Positions 1-14,472 of a DNA stretch of 64,000 nucleotides are shown piece by piece. Source of the stretch: Octopus sinensis. Lineage: Eukaryota. The notes beneath the pieces were generated by a model, which was given only the letters and a program-made list of their open reading frames with translations, did no database searches and was not told the DNA's origin. The number at the start of each line of letters is the position of its first letter. Position 1 is the stretch's first letter. The stretch spans positions 96,906,001-96,970,000 of the forward strand of contig NC_043000.1 of NCBI RefSeq assembly GCF_006345805.1. The letters are read 5' to 3'. The position numbers and the translations under genes were made by a program.

Positions 1-1082
1 TTCCATCTTGAAAATGGAATGAAACATTCGAATATTGTAGTCAGATAAAAGCAAGGTCTGTGTAAAAAACAAAGTCATAGATGGAAAGGTTTTGACAATA
101 GTTCTACCGTATCATGAAACTTGTTCGAAAACAATTATTGGAAAACAATTATTCGAAAAACAGTAATTCGAAATAAATATAATTTGTGAACTTGATTTTT
201 AATTTTATCATATTTGTTTAAATAAAATAAGAAATTTAGAATAATTAGCATTTCGTACAATTGTCCTTTTGAAAAACATCGAGCAAAACTCTATAAAATA
301 TTTAATCAAATTTCTTTTTACTCTGACTCCACCTTCTGCCAGTGTTATGTTGACTTTTCTCCAGTCTAGAGTTTATAAAACAGGCTTCAGTGACCAACTG
401 GAGGACGATTTGATCGGCCATACTTCCCCAAAATGTGTGGCCATGTATTAATTTTGGGAAGCATTAAAAAATGATAAAATCACTTAGCAGTATATGAGTT
501 TAAGTTGCCGAAGTTGTAGAATCGTTAGAACATAAGATAAGTACTTTGCGGCATTTGTTCCATCTCTCAATGTTCTGGGCTGAAATCCCGCCGTAATGAA
601 CTTTGCTTTTCATCCTTTCGCGCAGTGAAAGGTTAGAACTGTTAGAGCAGCAGATATCACAACTTGCTGTATTATTTATGAGTACAATTTCTCCACCTAC
701 CATAAGTAAAAAGATTTATGCAAAGTGCTTACATGGAGACCACTGTTAAACAGAGACTGCCAGTAAAACAACAGTAAACTCATAATACTAAAATGGCGTG
801 AGTTCATACGAAACCCAAGTACTCAGAGTGTACGGCTGAGCTTTCCACTTCATAATATGCAAAGTTCATGATAGCTCAGCAATATATAAGTAGCCAACTT
901 ATAGTCTTAATTCATGAGCTATTCATTAGCTCACAGAGTTGGATCTAAATATTACATTCGTCCCTTCGTCGCCGAACTATTGGAAAAGTATGGAGAGGCA
1001 TGTGCACAAGAACAACATAATAGTGATGTCTTGCAATGTATCTCAATAACTTAAAGTTAAGGTAAGTACATCTTTAAATACA

Positions 1083-1084
<2 letters not shown>

Positions 1085-1117
<33 letters not shown>

Positions 1118-1204
1118 ATGCCTTAGAACTAAAGAGCGGTAGCAGCAGCAGTAGCAACAGCAGCAGCAATAATAATGATGATGATGATGATGATAATGAT
1201 AATG

Positions 1205-1239
<35 letters not shown>

Positions 1240-1270
1240 GATAATAATAATAATAATAATAATAATAATG
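1085..1270. repeat. Compound microsatellite (TG)n-(AGC)n-(GAT)n-(AAT)n
   Basis: Directly visible; explains the poly-L/S/N/I ORFs at 1074-1408. Confidence 0.95.
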
Positions 1271-1627
1271 TCTCCCACGATAAATAACAACCAAGTACCA
1301 AAACTTATAATGTGCAGAAAGAGACCCTGTGAGATCTCTGACAGCAGGCTGCTGTCCTCTCTCACAGAATCTACTGGAGCAAACACGATTGAGCGCTCTG
1401 AGAATTAAAACAAGAAGAAGAAGAACAACAACAACATTTAATAATATAGGCATAAGATTAGAAATTTTGGAAGGAGTTAATTATATCACTTCAATATTTG
1501 AAGTGCTGCTTATTTTTATGATTTTTATAGAACCCAGAAGTATGAAAGGTAAAGTAAGGCCTCAGCGATGAGACAAGGAAACAAAGACAAGCTATATTAA
1601 AAACATACACAAACACAAGCACACACA

Positions 1628-1686
<59 letters not shown>

Positions 1687-2074
1687 GCCATATTTTCTAT
1701 CATGACATGTTTTTAGAGGCTCTAAATCCATTGACATATACTCCTTTGAGACTCCATCAACGAATGGTTGAAAAGTTCGTGTAAGATATGTGAAAAAATG
1801 TCTGCTTTAATACACGCCGGCAAATAAGGACGGCAAAGCTGGTAAACATCGTAAACAAAAGACATATCCATGATTCTAATATGAACTCTTTATATGAAAC
1901 TTTTACGTGTGAATGCTTCACTCCCAGCAATTCACATTAAAAATAAAATTTCAAGTCAGAATAAAGATAAAAGCTATTATATTGATTATAGATATAAAAT
2001 TATCTCGCAAATGTAACGAAATATTTTTGTTATATAAGCGAGATATTTCTATAATCAATATGTGTGTGTGTGTG

Positions 2075-2147
<73 letters not shown>

Positions 2148-4434
2148 GTATAACGTACGTCTGTATATATATGTTAGTGTACAGCAGTTTAAATTTTAGT
2201 TCCATCTGTTAGTTAATGGAAATCATAGAAATGAATGAAAAAAATAAATAAAATAGTAGTAAGAAAATATAAAAGAACCTTCGTATCCAAGCAATATGTA
2301 TTCAAATTTTATACCTTTAGAAATATTCCTAAATTCTTATCTTGACAGGCCAGAGGTATTTTGGTGAGCGTTAACAAACATTTTATGATTGATGCGCATT
2401 TTATAAATTGGAATCTATGAGTGGTCAAGTCATATTTAAATCGATATCTATAGAGATGAAATAGCTTTTAATCATACGGCAAGTATATTTCCTTCCAAAG
2501 ATATGCTGTCTTTTTTTTTTTACTTCTACCATTGAAGAGAAAGCTATACACTTCTAAAACATTAGTCAGTTTTAATTCTGCATATCAGAGAGCAAAAGAG
2601 ATATAAGCCAATAAGAAAACACTATAAAAGTATTTAAGAATGTATTTTCATTAGAAGAATTATTCATTTATTTTAAATAAGGAGATGTTTATTTTGTACC
2701 ATAGATCCGGCTTTTTCTTCAACTTTACCAATTATATATAACTAGAGATTAAAATGGAAAGATGAGGTTGTTCAGAGTTGTCAGAGTTTCCAGTCACAGA
2801 AGAAGAGTTGTAACCTTCCTCTCAACAATGTTGGTTACCTAAAATCTTCCTATTTTGATAGCTCTTAGTTTGTTTCCGTCTTTTTACTCTTTAAACAAAA
2901 GCTGAATACATTTATTTGCGAGTCAAAGAGGATGATTCCATGTGATCACTGTCTACTTGAAAAAGCAAACAAATTCCTGTTAAACTACACTTTACCATCT
3001 TTAGTAGAATATGGAACGACTCTCTAAAGAAGGTAATCGCGGATACATTATCTAAAATAAGATGCGATGGTCATTATAGGAAAGCTTAAGTCATTTCTTT
3101 GGATTTCTGATTTTGAGTTGCTTTTGCAGGAGAAACGGTAGAATTGCATGAAACTATGATTTGATAACTAAGAGACTGACAAGTTTATGAGAGGAGATCT
3201 AATAGGCGAAATACTACTTAATTCCATTGTACCCCTGTTATATCCATCATTACTGCGTTACAGATAGTATCTAGTTCATGTATGAGTATCCAATCCTCTT
3301 TATTTTTCATTGCACTTGTATAGCCGTTTTTGAAGGAGCTGTAAGGGTGTCAGATATAATTCATTACGGTATTTATTTCGACTCTTTGTGCTTCAGGTTC
3401 AAATCTGGCTGATATTGACTTTGCTTTCATCCTTTTTATGGTCGGTAAATAAACTACCTGTCGAAAACCAAGACCACACCATTCTTCCTGTCTTTCTATT
3501 TTCAGAATTAGATGCATTAAAAGGGACATGAAAAGACCCTTCACATATTGTTTCTACCAATCCTTTCAATAGCACCTTGCATACTCACTGAGAAAAACAA
3601 AAAGCCGTTTCTGCTCTTCGGAACAAGTAGCCTTTGTTTTACTTGATGCGTTAAGCACTCCGCCCGTCTTCATTTCTATTGTATCTCGCTCCACTTCACT
3701 TTGAGTCAAACACCTCACTCAACTTTTCTCATACAGCTCAGCAGATTAAACTCTTTAGGCATTCTTTCTCTCAAGACATTGCAGTCAAAAATCAACTATA
3801 TCGCATATCCTCAATCTAGAAAGGTCGGACTCAATAGTTTTCCTTCGATCAGAAATCCAAAGAAATTTTATAAAAAAAAGTTAATAACTAACAAAATACT
3901 ATACGGGTACATATTCTTAAGACCATCTGTTTTTTTCACTATTTGTAACAGTTTTTACGAACAATTATATTTTATAAAAGGTTTTGTACTTAATTTCTTG
4001 TTATAATGTTATCTAGTCAGAAGATGGTTAACTTCAATATCTAAAAATTGTTTCCCATCTCTGCTTTACAAGTAAAAACCGACAGCAACTGAACCAATAA
4101 CATATTTTAGTATTTTGGCTACGGACTTTGTCGGTTGTCATTTGAAATCGGTATCTTTGATATATAAATACGTAGCTTAACGAAGAAGCCATTTATATTT
4201 TCGTAAGGTCGATAGAGACTTTATCCGGAGAGGATATCAGTTTGTACCACTGATATGTGTGTAGGTCAGCATGTAACACTGTTTGGTACGCTTCACTGAA
4301 GTATTCAGGACGAGAGAAAGAAAAAAAATAATTCTCAAAAATTACATTAGTGTTCCAACATGGTCATAGCCTATGGTCTTTGTGGAATCAGTAAAAGAGT
4401 AGAAAGTGATATTTTTTTTTCATTTAAAGTAGAA

Positions 4435-4938
4435 CAGCGCTTCTCAACCTCTTGTAGTTTGCGCCCTCTTTCACAGAATAGAGTTTTATCAACGTCCCCT
4501 CACTCATTTGGTAAAAAAATGTAAACATAAGATAGTAGATTACTTGAATCAGATATAAATAATTTACTCTTATATTATCCGATCATGCACGTGCCTATTT
4601 TTAGATGTTTGTATCCCTTGTGTTAATTTTTAATAAAAATTAGTGAAACGGGTAAAAATATTTGTAGCGAAATTATATCGGACTTTGGTGCATCATTAGT
4701 CATATTTCTACTCATTCATAACATGATGACGTTCTCATACGTAAATTCCGACAAAAATGTTTTGGGAAATGTGTAAAAATATAAGTATTTTACCTGGTTT
4801 AAATGTAATATTTCAAAGAAAAACCACAACCCCTCTAAATACCTAAGACCGCCTATAGCGTCTCAATGACATTTGCCGTCCCCTAGTGAGCTCGCATTGC
4901 ACCCAGTAGGGTGCTACCGCCCAAGTTATGAACCACTA
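4435..4938. mobile_element. Non-autonomous hAT-type MITE (~500 bp)
   Basis: Left end CAGCGCTTCTCAACCT; right end reads TAGTGGTTCATAACTT in reverse complement, an imperfect TIR of the CAGTGGTTCTCAACCT type. Flanked by a near-identical 8-bp duplication AAGTAGAA (4427-4434) / ATGTAGAA (4939-4946). No coding capacity. Confidence 0.7.
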
Positions 4939-6949
4939 ATGTAGAATATGAGGTCAATAAAGGAGCGTTCTATTTGCAGCTCTATTTCCATCAATCCTTT
5001 ACCACCACCCTGTAGACTCAACAGAGTAGAATATGACAGATATATAGCTTTACAAGCCCTCACGAAAAACATTCGTGTGTCAAGCTGGCTCCTCCTAAGT
5101 TTTATAACATTGTCGACAAAACACACTTTCATCTTTCATTAAATATTTTACCATATGTGATTCCGTTTAAAATATATTTTTCTTTTTGTTAATACCGAGA
5201 ACAAGGTGATTAATGGATTTCAATTAATCACCTTTTTTTTCTATTCTGCTAATCAATATCATGCTTTAGTTAGCAAAATTTTCTGTAAAAAATCTATATT
5301 CAAAATTATTAAATCATTTAATACATGTATTACAGAAACTATCTTATCGAAATGTTTTTTAAATCTACTTCCTATTAGCTACGAATATAAACATTATTAC
5401 AGCTGAATTTCGCATGGGAAGACGTATTCCATTAAACAACTAAAACAGATTTTTAGAAGTCTTATCAAAACAAAACCCAAATAGAAAATTCAAGATTGTT
5501 TAAGTAATTAGTCCATTGAAAATTGTTTCAATTATGCATTTCTTAAAAGCATATCCATTTTTGATTGCATCTTGGCATTAACTGACTTGAAGTCATAGCA
5601 ACTCAAGGAAGATACAGTGAAGTAGCTTTCTCGTTGACATTACGTGATAGATATGAAGTATTAAATTTAATTAAGCGGTCAAAAATTGAGAGATTTGGTG
5701 CTGTCTAATGCCTTTCCTTAGAAGAAATACAAAATAAAAAAAATCACAGCTGCAATCGTAAAATTAACTGTGGATTCATTTTATTTTGTAGTCTTCATTT
5801 CGGTTCTAGACATTTGTCTTCGCAACTTAGAAAATAAAACAACTAATTTTAAAAAATGAATAAATAAATGCATACTTTTAAAACTTTTGTATTCACACAG
5901 CATGCTAATACAAAGAAAAAGAAAGGAGAAAAGCTGTTGAACAAACGAAGAAAGAATGAGAACGTTTTTGATCCGACAGAGAAAAACGTTTAAATTGAAG
6001 TTTCTCTGATAAGACTTACAGTCAATAGGCGGAAATAGAAATCGTTTTATTTTTATCAATTTATTTTAATCAATTCTTTGAACAATATTCTAAGCTATTC
6101 CGGAATTTAGAAAAGAAAATCAAAAAATCAAAAGAAACAGGCAAATATTTTCTGAACAAAGGATATGTCAGTGCTGTAAGCGTATTACTATTTTGTTATG
6201 TGCATTGACATAGTCTATGTTGAATTATTTTCATCTGACTATTTATATTGTCTGTAAGTTTTTACAGGTTTTGTAACTAGCTGTTAATATTGATATGTTC
6301 GTGATATTTGTCCAAGAAAGGACGATGAGTTGGTCGAATCGTTTATTCGACGACAAAACATTCTCTACGGATTTTTAGTTACATTTTTTTTAATTTTCAG
6401 CCGTTGTTATCTTCTTTCATTCTTTTCAACTAACATAAGGTTGCAATCAAATAACGGAGTGAATTTCACACACCCTACCCTAAAATGTGTATCCTTTCCA
6501 TTCTTGAGGGATTCCACTAATAATTAATGGAACATTACTTTTGTAATAAATGATTTCTACTCAGTGAGCAGAACTTGTTATTAAGAGGTGTGCCAGTCCT
6601 AATCATCCCATTTTTCTTTTTCAAACAGTGTAATATTTAGGGATTCTTTCAGCAGATCACAGGGTATTATTTTTGTACCCGATGATATCTAGCCAATTAG
6701 TAATTAAATCTTATTATCAATGTTTATCTCAGGTTGAACGATCTGGTGATAGGATTTCCGGTCTTGAACATCCCATCTTTGTTTTTCGGACATGCTGTAT
6801 CTAGGTTTACGTTATTTAATGTTACCTTTCTATTTTTAATGGAAGTAATATAAAAATTTGATTGCAAGTAGAATGACTGAGCTTGCAGAGCGGTGACATG
6901 CAAGATCTCCATTACACTATCCAATCACAGGAGTACTGTGAGGGCCTGA

Positions 6950-7230
6950 CTATACTTTGGATGCCAGACAAACTCATCCTCGGTCTTGTTTGATTTAATA
7001 TTGATGCTCTTAGCAAAATAATGTCACAGCAGCATTTCTTCGAGTTACTCTTTCAGACACATTAAACTGAAGAAATTTATCTGACTATTGACAGTGACTC
7101 TGGATAACTTTCAAGTCCAACATTTGGATAATTTTAGATGTTTAGCCTTGCAATGCTACTGAAAATACCACTGATTTGTGTACTGTCAAACTGTACAGGC
7201 AGGGCAATGGGAACAACAACACATACCCAA
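6950..7230 (+). mobile_element. Possible highly decayed RTE-like LINE endonuclease fragment
   Basis: Across frameshifts and stops it reads LV*FNIDALS...SDT...TEE.YLT.DSG, reminiscent of the LARYNIDIAALSET motif; by eye only. Confidence 0.25.
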
Positions 7231-7883
7231 GATGTATTTTATTCATTTTATTTGACAATCAGTAAGCAATAGCGTCGTTGGCTACTAATTTGTAACGACC
7301 AACCACTGATTCACTACTTTTCTGACGGTAATAACAAGAGCATGTCTGTACAACTTGGCACAAAACAAATATCGGAAAGGACTTCGTTCGATGAGTACTA
7401 ATTTATTAGTTCTTCATTTACATTCCGTGATAATTAAAAAGCGATGAAAAGAGAGCAAGGATGACAAATTTCTGGAGACTGTGGGAAGAGTAAGAATAAA
7501 AAAAATCAACAGAAAATCGCTGCAAAGTTGCATGATAATGGTTGTCAGATTTGGCATGCAGACCACCATATAACTTGTTAGACATTCGCATTCTGTGTTT
7601 ATTGTTCTCTTCCATTTTATTTTGACACACGCATTGCGTTTTTATTTTTCTCTTCCGTTTTACGAATCCAGTATGCACATGTGCATTGCGTCTTCATACA
7701 TCACTTTCCGGTTCCCTACTCAGTTTATATATCGCAACCATCTCAAAAACTGGTGTTCGTGAGGAGCGCTTCGCGCGCCGGTGGTTGTGAAATAACTCAA
7801 AGAAAAATAATACACCATACAGTGAGTTTCCACAGAACTAACGTACAAAAAATTTCAATCCCAAAGCTTTTGGAAACCCGTAT

Positions 7884-8110
7884 ATGGTAGAAGACAATAA
7901 ATCGAGGTGCTGCAAAGCGAGGAGAAACCGCAATTACATAGTTATGAAGCAAGCTTTTGAGCCTCACAGTCCTAAGCGAGCCTGAAATCAAACGGTGGTA
8001 TGGTGTACTCAGAGCTTGAAATCGAAGGATAGCATCTAGTCTCTCGGCCGACCACCTACTCATAAAAAATCTCTCTCCGTCAAGACTGTTCTGGATGGAG
8101 TAAAACAATA
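7884..8110 (+). mobile_element. Decayed mariner transposase N-terminal (HTH) fragment
   Basis: With frameshifts: MKQAFEPHSPKRA-EIKRWY...SLGRPPT, matching the mariner pattern AFGxxxPSRxTVxRWF...RSGRP. Confidence 0.45.
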
Positions 8111-8350
8111 TCAATAACATTACCATTCTAGTTATTTTCTGGACAGCAGCAATTAAATTTTCAGTATATACGGATTAAAAAACGGTTATCTAAAATACGA
8201 TTATCTAAAATATTTTATCGTTTTAATTTAATACTTTTCATGGTTTTTGTTCGTTAGTCCGCTTGTTTGTTTTTCTACCTTAATCCAGTGTTATTACTAC
8301 ATACAAACGTATTGTCAAATGTTTGAATCCGTGGAAAACTACTACACTGT

Positions 8351-9325
8351 ATTGAGTATTTCTTGGAGGACAGAATACTTGTTGTGATCGGCGGAATCCA
8401 CTCAAGCCCAGCATAAGTCACCAGTGATGTTCCTCAGGGGACTGTCTTGGGTCCACTTCTCTTCATAGTCTATATAAACGACCTTTCCAGCGTCCTAAAA
8501 CACAGCAAAGTGAAAATATTCGCTGATGACTCTAAGCTCCAAAAAAATTATCAATGAAGAAGACCGAACTGAACTCCAATCTGATCTATATGCTGTGAGA
8601 CAATGGGCAGACAAAAACAAAATGTAACTAAACGAGGGAACATTTGAGCTGATGCATTTTGGAAGAATGACTATGCTAAGACAGCCACACTCTCTTCCTT
8701 CAGGGGAACCACTCACAGCATCTAATAATATCAGAGGCCTAGGAGTAATTGTTGATAACAGTCTCACTGGAGTGCCCACATCAACAATCAGGTCGATATA
8801 GCTCGTAGGATGAGCTCCTGGATCCTAAGAACTTTCCAATCCAGAGAACAAGGTGTCATCATTCCTCTTTTCTCCTCATTTGTACGGCCACACCTCGAAT
8901 ACTACTGCCCCCTGTAGTCTCCTCATACAAAACAAAACATTTCGAAAACTGAATCGCCCCAGAGGTCATTCCCTAAAAGAATTAAGAGCATAACTGATCT
9001 CAATTATTGGGACCGCCTTAAAGCATTGAAACTCTATTCTCTCCAGCACCACCGTGAATGATACATCAGTTGCACGATGTGGAGAATGTACACCAGCATT
9101 GCACAAACGACTTCAACATTAGCTTCAAAATTCATCTAAGGCTAGGAACACGGGTCATACGTCCCCAACATAATTCAGGATCACAATACAAATACACTGC
9201 GATACAGTTTCTTTTCTTCAACAGGCCCTGCTCTATTTAACATTGTCCCGAAACAGACCAAAGAGGAAAAGGATCCCAACACTTTTAAATGGAATCAGGA
9301 CGAATTTTTTCAAGGAATATCAGAT
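8351..9325 (+). mobile_element. CR1-like LINE, 5'-truncated RT/3' fragment (pseudogenised)
   Basis: Translates VTSDVPQGTVLGPLLFIVYINDL...VKIFADDSKL...LQSDL..VRQWADKNKM, with stops and frameshifts. Confidence 0.9.
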
Positions 9326-9397
9326 AAGTTATGGGGATGTAGACACACCAGCATCGGTCGTCAAGCGATGTTGGAGATGGGGACAAACACAGACACA

Positions 9398-9452
<55 letters not shown>

Positions 9453-9462
9453 TATATATATA

Positions 9463-9859
9463 CTAGCAGTATCGTCCGGCGTTGCTCGGGTTTGTAAGGG
9501 AAATAACTATATAAGCATTATTAGAGAGTTATAGCCCCAAAATAGCAAAAAAATGCATTAAAAATGGAAAAAAAAAATGATGGTAATTTTTTTAAAAATC
9601 GTTGACTCATCGTAGACATTTTTAGAGAGTTACTTCCCTTATATAATAGCAAAAAAATGCATTAAATGGAAAAAAATGATGGTAAATTTTTTTTTAATCG
9701 TAGACTCATCGTAGACGCGCGTTAATACCCAGAAGGGCTCGATATGAATCACGACTATAAAATACCCGGTTTTGGTTAAACTGCACCGCAAAATGTGGGA
9801 GTAGTTAGGAATCTAAATCGTAGGAGACAGACACACAACCTTACTTTTATATATAAAGA
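9463..9859 (-). mobile_element. Non-autonomous Helitron (~400 bp)
   Basis: Minus strand starts TC (A|TCTTTATATATAAAAG) and ends CTAG|T, so it sits between A and T. GC-rich subterminal hairpin CCCGAGCAACGCCGG near the 3' end. Contains an internal ~95-bp duplication (about 9520-9715). Confidence 0.75.
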
Positions 9860-9880
9860 TATATACATACACACATATAT

Positions 9881-10037
9881 ACGATGGATTTCTTTCAGTT
9901 TCCGTCTACCAAATCCACTCTCAAGGCTTTGGTCGGCCGGGCGAAAGTAGAAGACACTTGCCCAAGATGGCACGCAGTGGGACTGAACCCGGAAACATGT
10001 GGTAGGTAAGCAAGCTACTTACCACACAGTCACTCCT
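9881..10037 (-). mobile_element. tRNA-derived SINE family S1 (head GGAGTGGCTGTGTGGTAAG...GGGTTCAGTCCCACTGCG), partial
   Basis: A/B-box-like head; similar to copies at 14610, 22323, 34703, 45215, 48845 and 52787. Confidence 0.85.
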
Positions 10038-11001
10038 AATATGTTAATATATTATTAGCTTCTTTGTTCGAAGCTCAACGGAACAAATGTCGGAAAAAGT
10101 AACATGGTGTAGGACATACTCTTAACTAAGATATACCTTTATACAACATTTCAGTCACCTAGGTACAACGCTGTGGACTACAACATGTAATATACATGCA
10201 TGGGTTCATTCATGTATATAAGGTAACAAAAATTAAGGAAATATATATATTTCATTCTCTGGAAATCGGCCAGTATACATAATTTTCACTGCTTCTCTTA
10301 GTAAACAGACTTAGAATAATGTAGTATACAAATAAGTATTGGTCTTATAGATTTTATAATTTTATATCGATAAAAGATTTAGAAGGAAACCGATAGCTTA
10401 TGAAAGTATATCAATGCTGATTTAAACGATATCGAGTGTAGGTAGCTTAAGCGATTAAAGTTAACACACACACGCACGCACACACATACAAGCGTGCACA
10501 CACACACACAGACACACACGAAACATAAAGAATGAGGTTATAACTATTGTAAATATTAATTTAATTTAATGAAAATATATAATCTTAGCTGAAAGGGTAT
10601 ATGTGAATGACAGATGGAGACAGGAATAGATATGGATTTATGGAAATTTGTATATCCTTTGCTGTCCACATGCAACAGTCATAAATTTAATGACCTGGAA
10701 AAGTTATGGAAGTGATTTTAGTTATTACTACCGGAAGTACGAGCAGACAGCAAGGAAAGGATGTGTGTGCATGTATATATATATATGTGTGTATGTACGT
10801 GTATGTGCGTGTGTGTGTGTAGGGGGGGGGGGCGCACTTATAAGTATGTTTTGTAAGCTTGTACACAAAATAGATGATGAAAGTTGGCTCAATAATGCGT
10901 ACGACCATTCGTTGTTAATGAGCTGGTAAGCGTACATAATATTGTAGCCCAGCTGGGGGCGATTTAATCGCCTATAATCGTCAACAAATAAAGAAGGTGA
11001 G

Positions 11002-11032
<31 letters not shown>

Positions 11033-11134
11033 TACACACACACACACACCACACATATATATATGTATATATATATATACATACATACATACATACATAT
11101 ACATATGCATATATATATATACTTCACACACACA

Positions 11135-11173
<39 letters not shown>

Positions 11174-11294
11174 ATATATATATATATATATATGATATTA
11201 TTATTAAGTAGGAAAACGAAGAGATCCAATGGATACAGATTAATTTGTTAATTAATTAACAAATCATATGTATATATATAAATATATATATATG

Positions 11295-11706
11295 TACATA
11301 CATACATACGCACGCGCGCGCACACACACACACTCATACACATACGCATGTATATCTTTTTTCTTATCTCTTATTTCATGCATACATATATGACTAGAAA
11401 CTCATATAAAGAAACATTAGGTATACACAATATGCACACACACGCACACGCACACGCACACACAGACACACACATACACACACATAAATGGTAACAAGGA
11501 AATAGCACAACGGCAAAGAGATTAGATTACCAAAATTCAAGGTCTTGGACTCTGTGGGTTCTTTGTCTTTTTTTGCTTTAAATATATATAGAAAATTTAA
11601 TTCTGTATCAATTACATCAACGTTTCCTACTGGGAAGTGAGGTGTTGATTTTCTTTCGTAAGAAGAAATCTCACAGTGCTAAGTGTGTTATCCACGCATC
11701 ATGTAA

Positions 11707-11769
<63 letters not shown>

Positions 11770-12066
11770 ATATATGTATGTATGTATGTGTGTGTGTGTA
11801 TGTATATATATAAAACAAGCAAAAGGCAGAATAAAAAAAAAGCTAAACATAGTCCATATGGAAAAGTATGATTCTAGAAAAAATATTTAGTTTTAGATAT
11901 GTAGAGTAACAATTGTTACCCAGCCACACATGCGCGCACACACACGCACGCACACACACACACACGCACACACACACACGTGTTGGTACGCGCACACATG
12001 CTTCAAAACATGCTTATACATTTAGTATGTGTATGTGCATTGATACATGTATATATAAATGCATGC

Positions 12067-12097
<31 letters not shown>

Positions 12098-12143
12098 ATA
12101 TATATATGATATAATATATGCATTCATATTTTTTTAATATATA

Positions 12144-12183
<40 letters not shown>

Positions 12184-13221
12184 TATATTATATATGTACG
12201 TATATATATGTACAATATATATATACAATATTTACATACATATATATATACACATATATGAATGCATCTATAAATACATATGCATATATATACACACGCA
12301 CACACACCTATGTATGTATGCATGTATGTATGTATGTATAACTACGGTGAAATATACTCTTACTGTAAAAGTAAATATGCTCCGAAGGATATTTTTCTGT
12401 ATGTTTTGCAACTTATAAGCAACTAAATCCAATAGAAAGTTTCTTTGCAAGAATGATAATTGTTTATATAACAGCGGTGGTCGTTTAATTGAGTTATCTC
12501 TTATCTCTCCATACACACACGTATATGCATTCCTTTGTCTGTATATAAATATGTTTGTGAGTATTTATACATATATATAATTTGCATACTTAGTATTAAA
12601 TTGACTGCGCAAAGTTGAAAACTACCGTTGGAGCACCGCCACAGGAACCCATCTTTTGAAATTATAAAATTTCAAGTTAGGTTTCTTATTTAGAATTTTC
12701 TTCTTTGGTGGCGACCAGTATTTCTGTTGCCTTTCTTTGCTTATTTTTTATGCTCGTCTGTTTGCGTTAAACGGCTAAATGCACATCTCTGTCAGTATAC
12801 ATACATACATATATACATACATACGCACGCGCGCGCACACACACATACTCATACACATACGCATGTATATCTTTTTTTTATCTCTTATTTCATGCATACA
12901 TATATGACTAGAAACTCATATAAAGAAACATTAGGTATACACAATATGCACACACACGCACACGCACACGCACACACAGACACACACATACACACACATA
13001 AATGGTAACAAGGAAATAGCACAACGGCAAAGAGATTAGATTACCAAAATTTAAGGTCTTGGACTCTGTGGGTTCTTTTGTCTTTTTTTGCTTTAAATAT
13101 ATATAGAAAATTTAATTCTGTATCAATTACATCAACGTTTCCTACTGGGAAGTGAGGTGTTGATTTTCTTTCGTAAGAAGTTATCTCACAGTGCTAAGTG
13201 TGTTATCCACGCATCATGTAA

Positions 13222-13267
<46 letters not shown>

Positions 13268-13550
13268 GTATGTGTGTGTGTGTATGTATATATATATAAA
13301 ACAAGCAAAAGACAATAAAAAAAAAGCTAAACATAGTCCATATGGAAAAGTATGATTCTAGAAAAAATATTTAGTTTTAGATATGTAGAGTAACAATTGT
13401 TACCCAGCCACACATGCGCGCACACACACACGCACACACACACACACACCACGCACACACACACACGTGTTGGTACGCGCACACATGCTTCAAAACATGC
13501 TTATACATTTAGTATGTGTATGTGCATTGATACATGTATATATAAATGCA

Positions 13551-13600
<50 letters not shown>

Positions 13601-14290
13601 ATAATATATGCATTCATATTTTTTTAATATATAGTATATATATATATATCTATATATATATATATATATATACATTATATTATATATGTACGTATATATA
13701 TGTACAATATATATATACAATATTTACATACATATATATATACACATATATGAATGCATCTATAAATACATATGCATATATATACACACGCACACACACC
13801 TATGTATGTATGCATGTATGTATGTATGTATAACTACGGTGAAATATACTCTTACTGTAAAAGTAAATATGCTCCGAAGGATATTTTTCTGTATGTTTTG
13901 CAACTTATAAGCAACTAAATCCAATAGAAAGTTTCTTTGCAAGAATGATAATTGTTTATATAACAGCGGTGGTCGTTTAATTGAGTTATCTCTTATCTCT
14001 CCATACACACACGTATATGCATTCCTTTGTCTGTATATAAATATGTTTGTGAGTATTTATACATATATATAATTTGCATACTTAGTATTAAATTGACTGC
14101 GCAAAGTTGAAAACTACCGTTGGAGCACCGCCACAGGAACCCATCTTTTGAAATTATAAAATTTCAAGTTAGGTTTCTTATTTAGAATTTTCTTCTTGGT
14201 GGCGACCAGTATTCTGTTGCCTTTCTTTGCTTATTTTTTATGCTCGTCTGTTTGCGTTAAACGGCTAAATGCACATCTCTGTCAGTATAC
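11295..14290 (+). repeat. Tandem duplication, 2 x ~1.5 kb
   Basis: Unique anchors recur: TGACTAGAAACTC at 11391 and 12905, GCTCCGAAGGAT at 12379 and 13871. The units are near-identical apart from microsatellite lengths and a few substitutions or indels. Confidence 0.95.
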
Positions 14291-14353
14291 ATACATACAT
14301 ATATACATACATACATACATACATACATACATGTATATATATATATATAATAT

Positions 14354-14407
<54 letters not shown>

Positions 14408-14472
14408 CAAACACACGCATATATACAGTATATATAAACACACACAGACACATTCTTACATACATACATACA

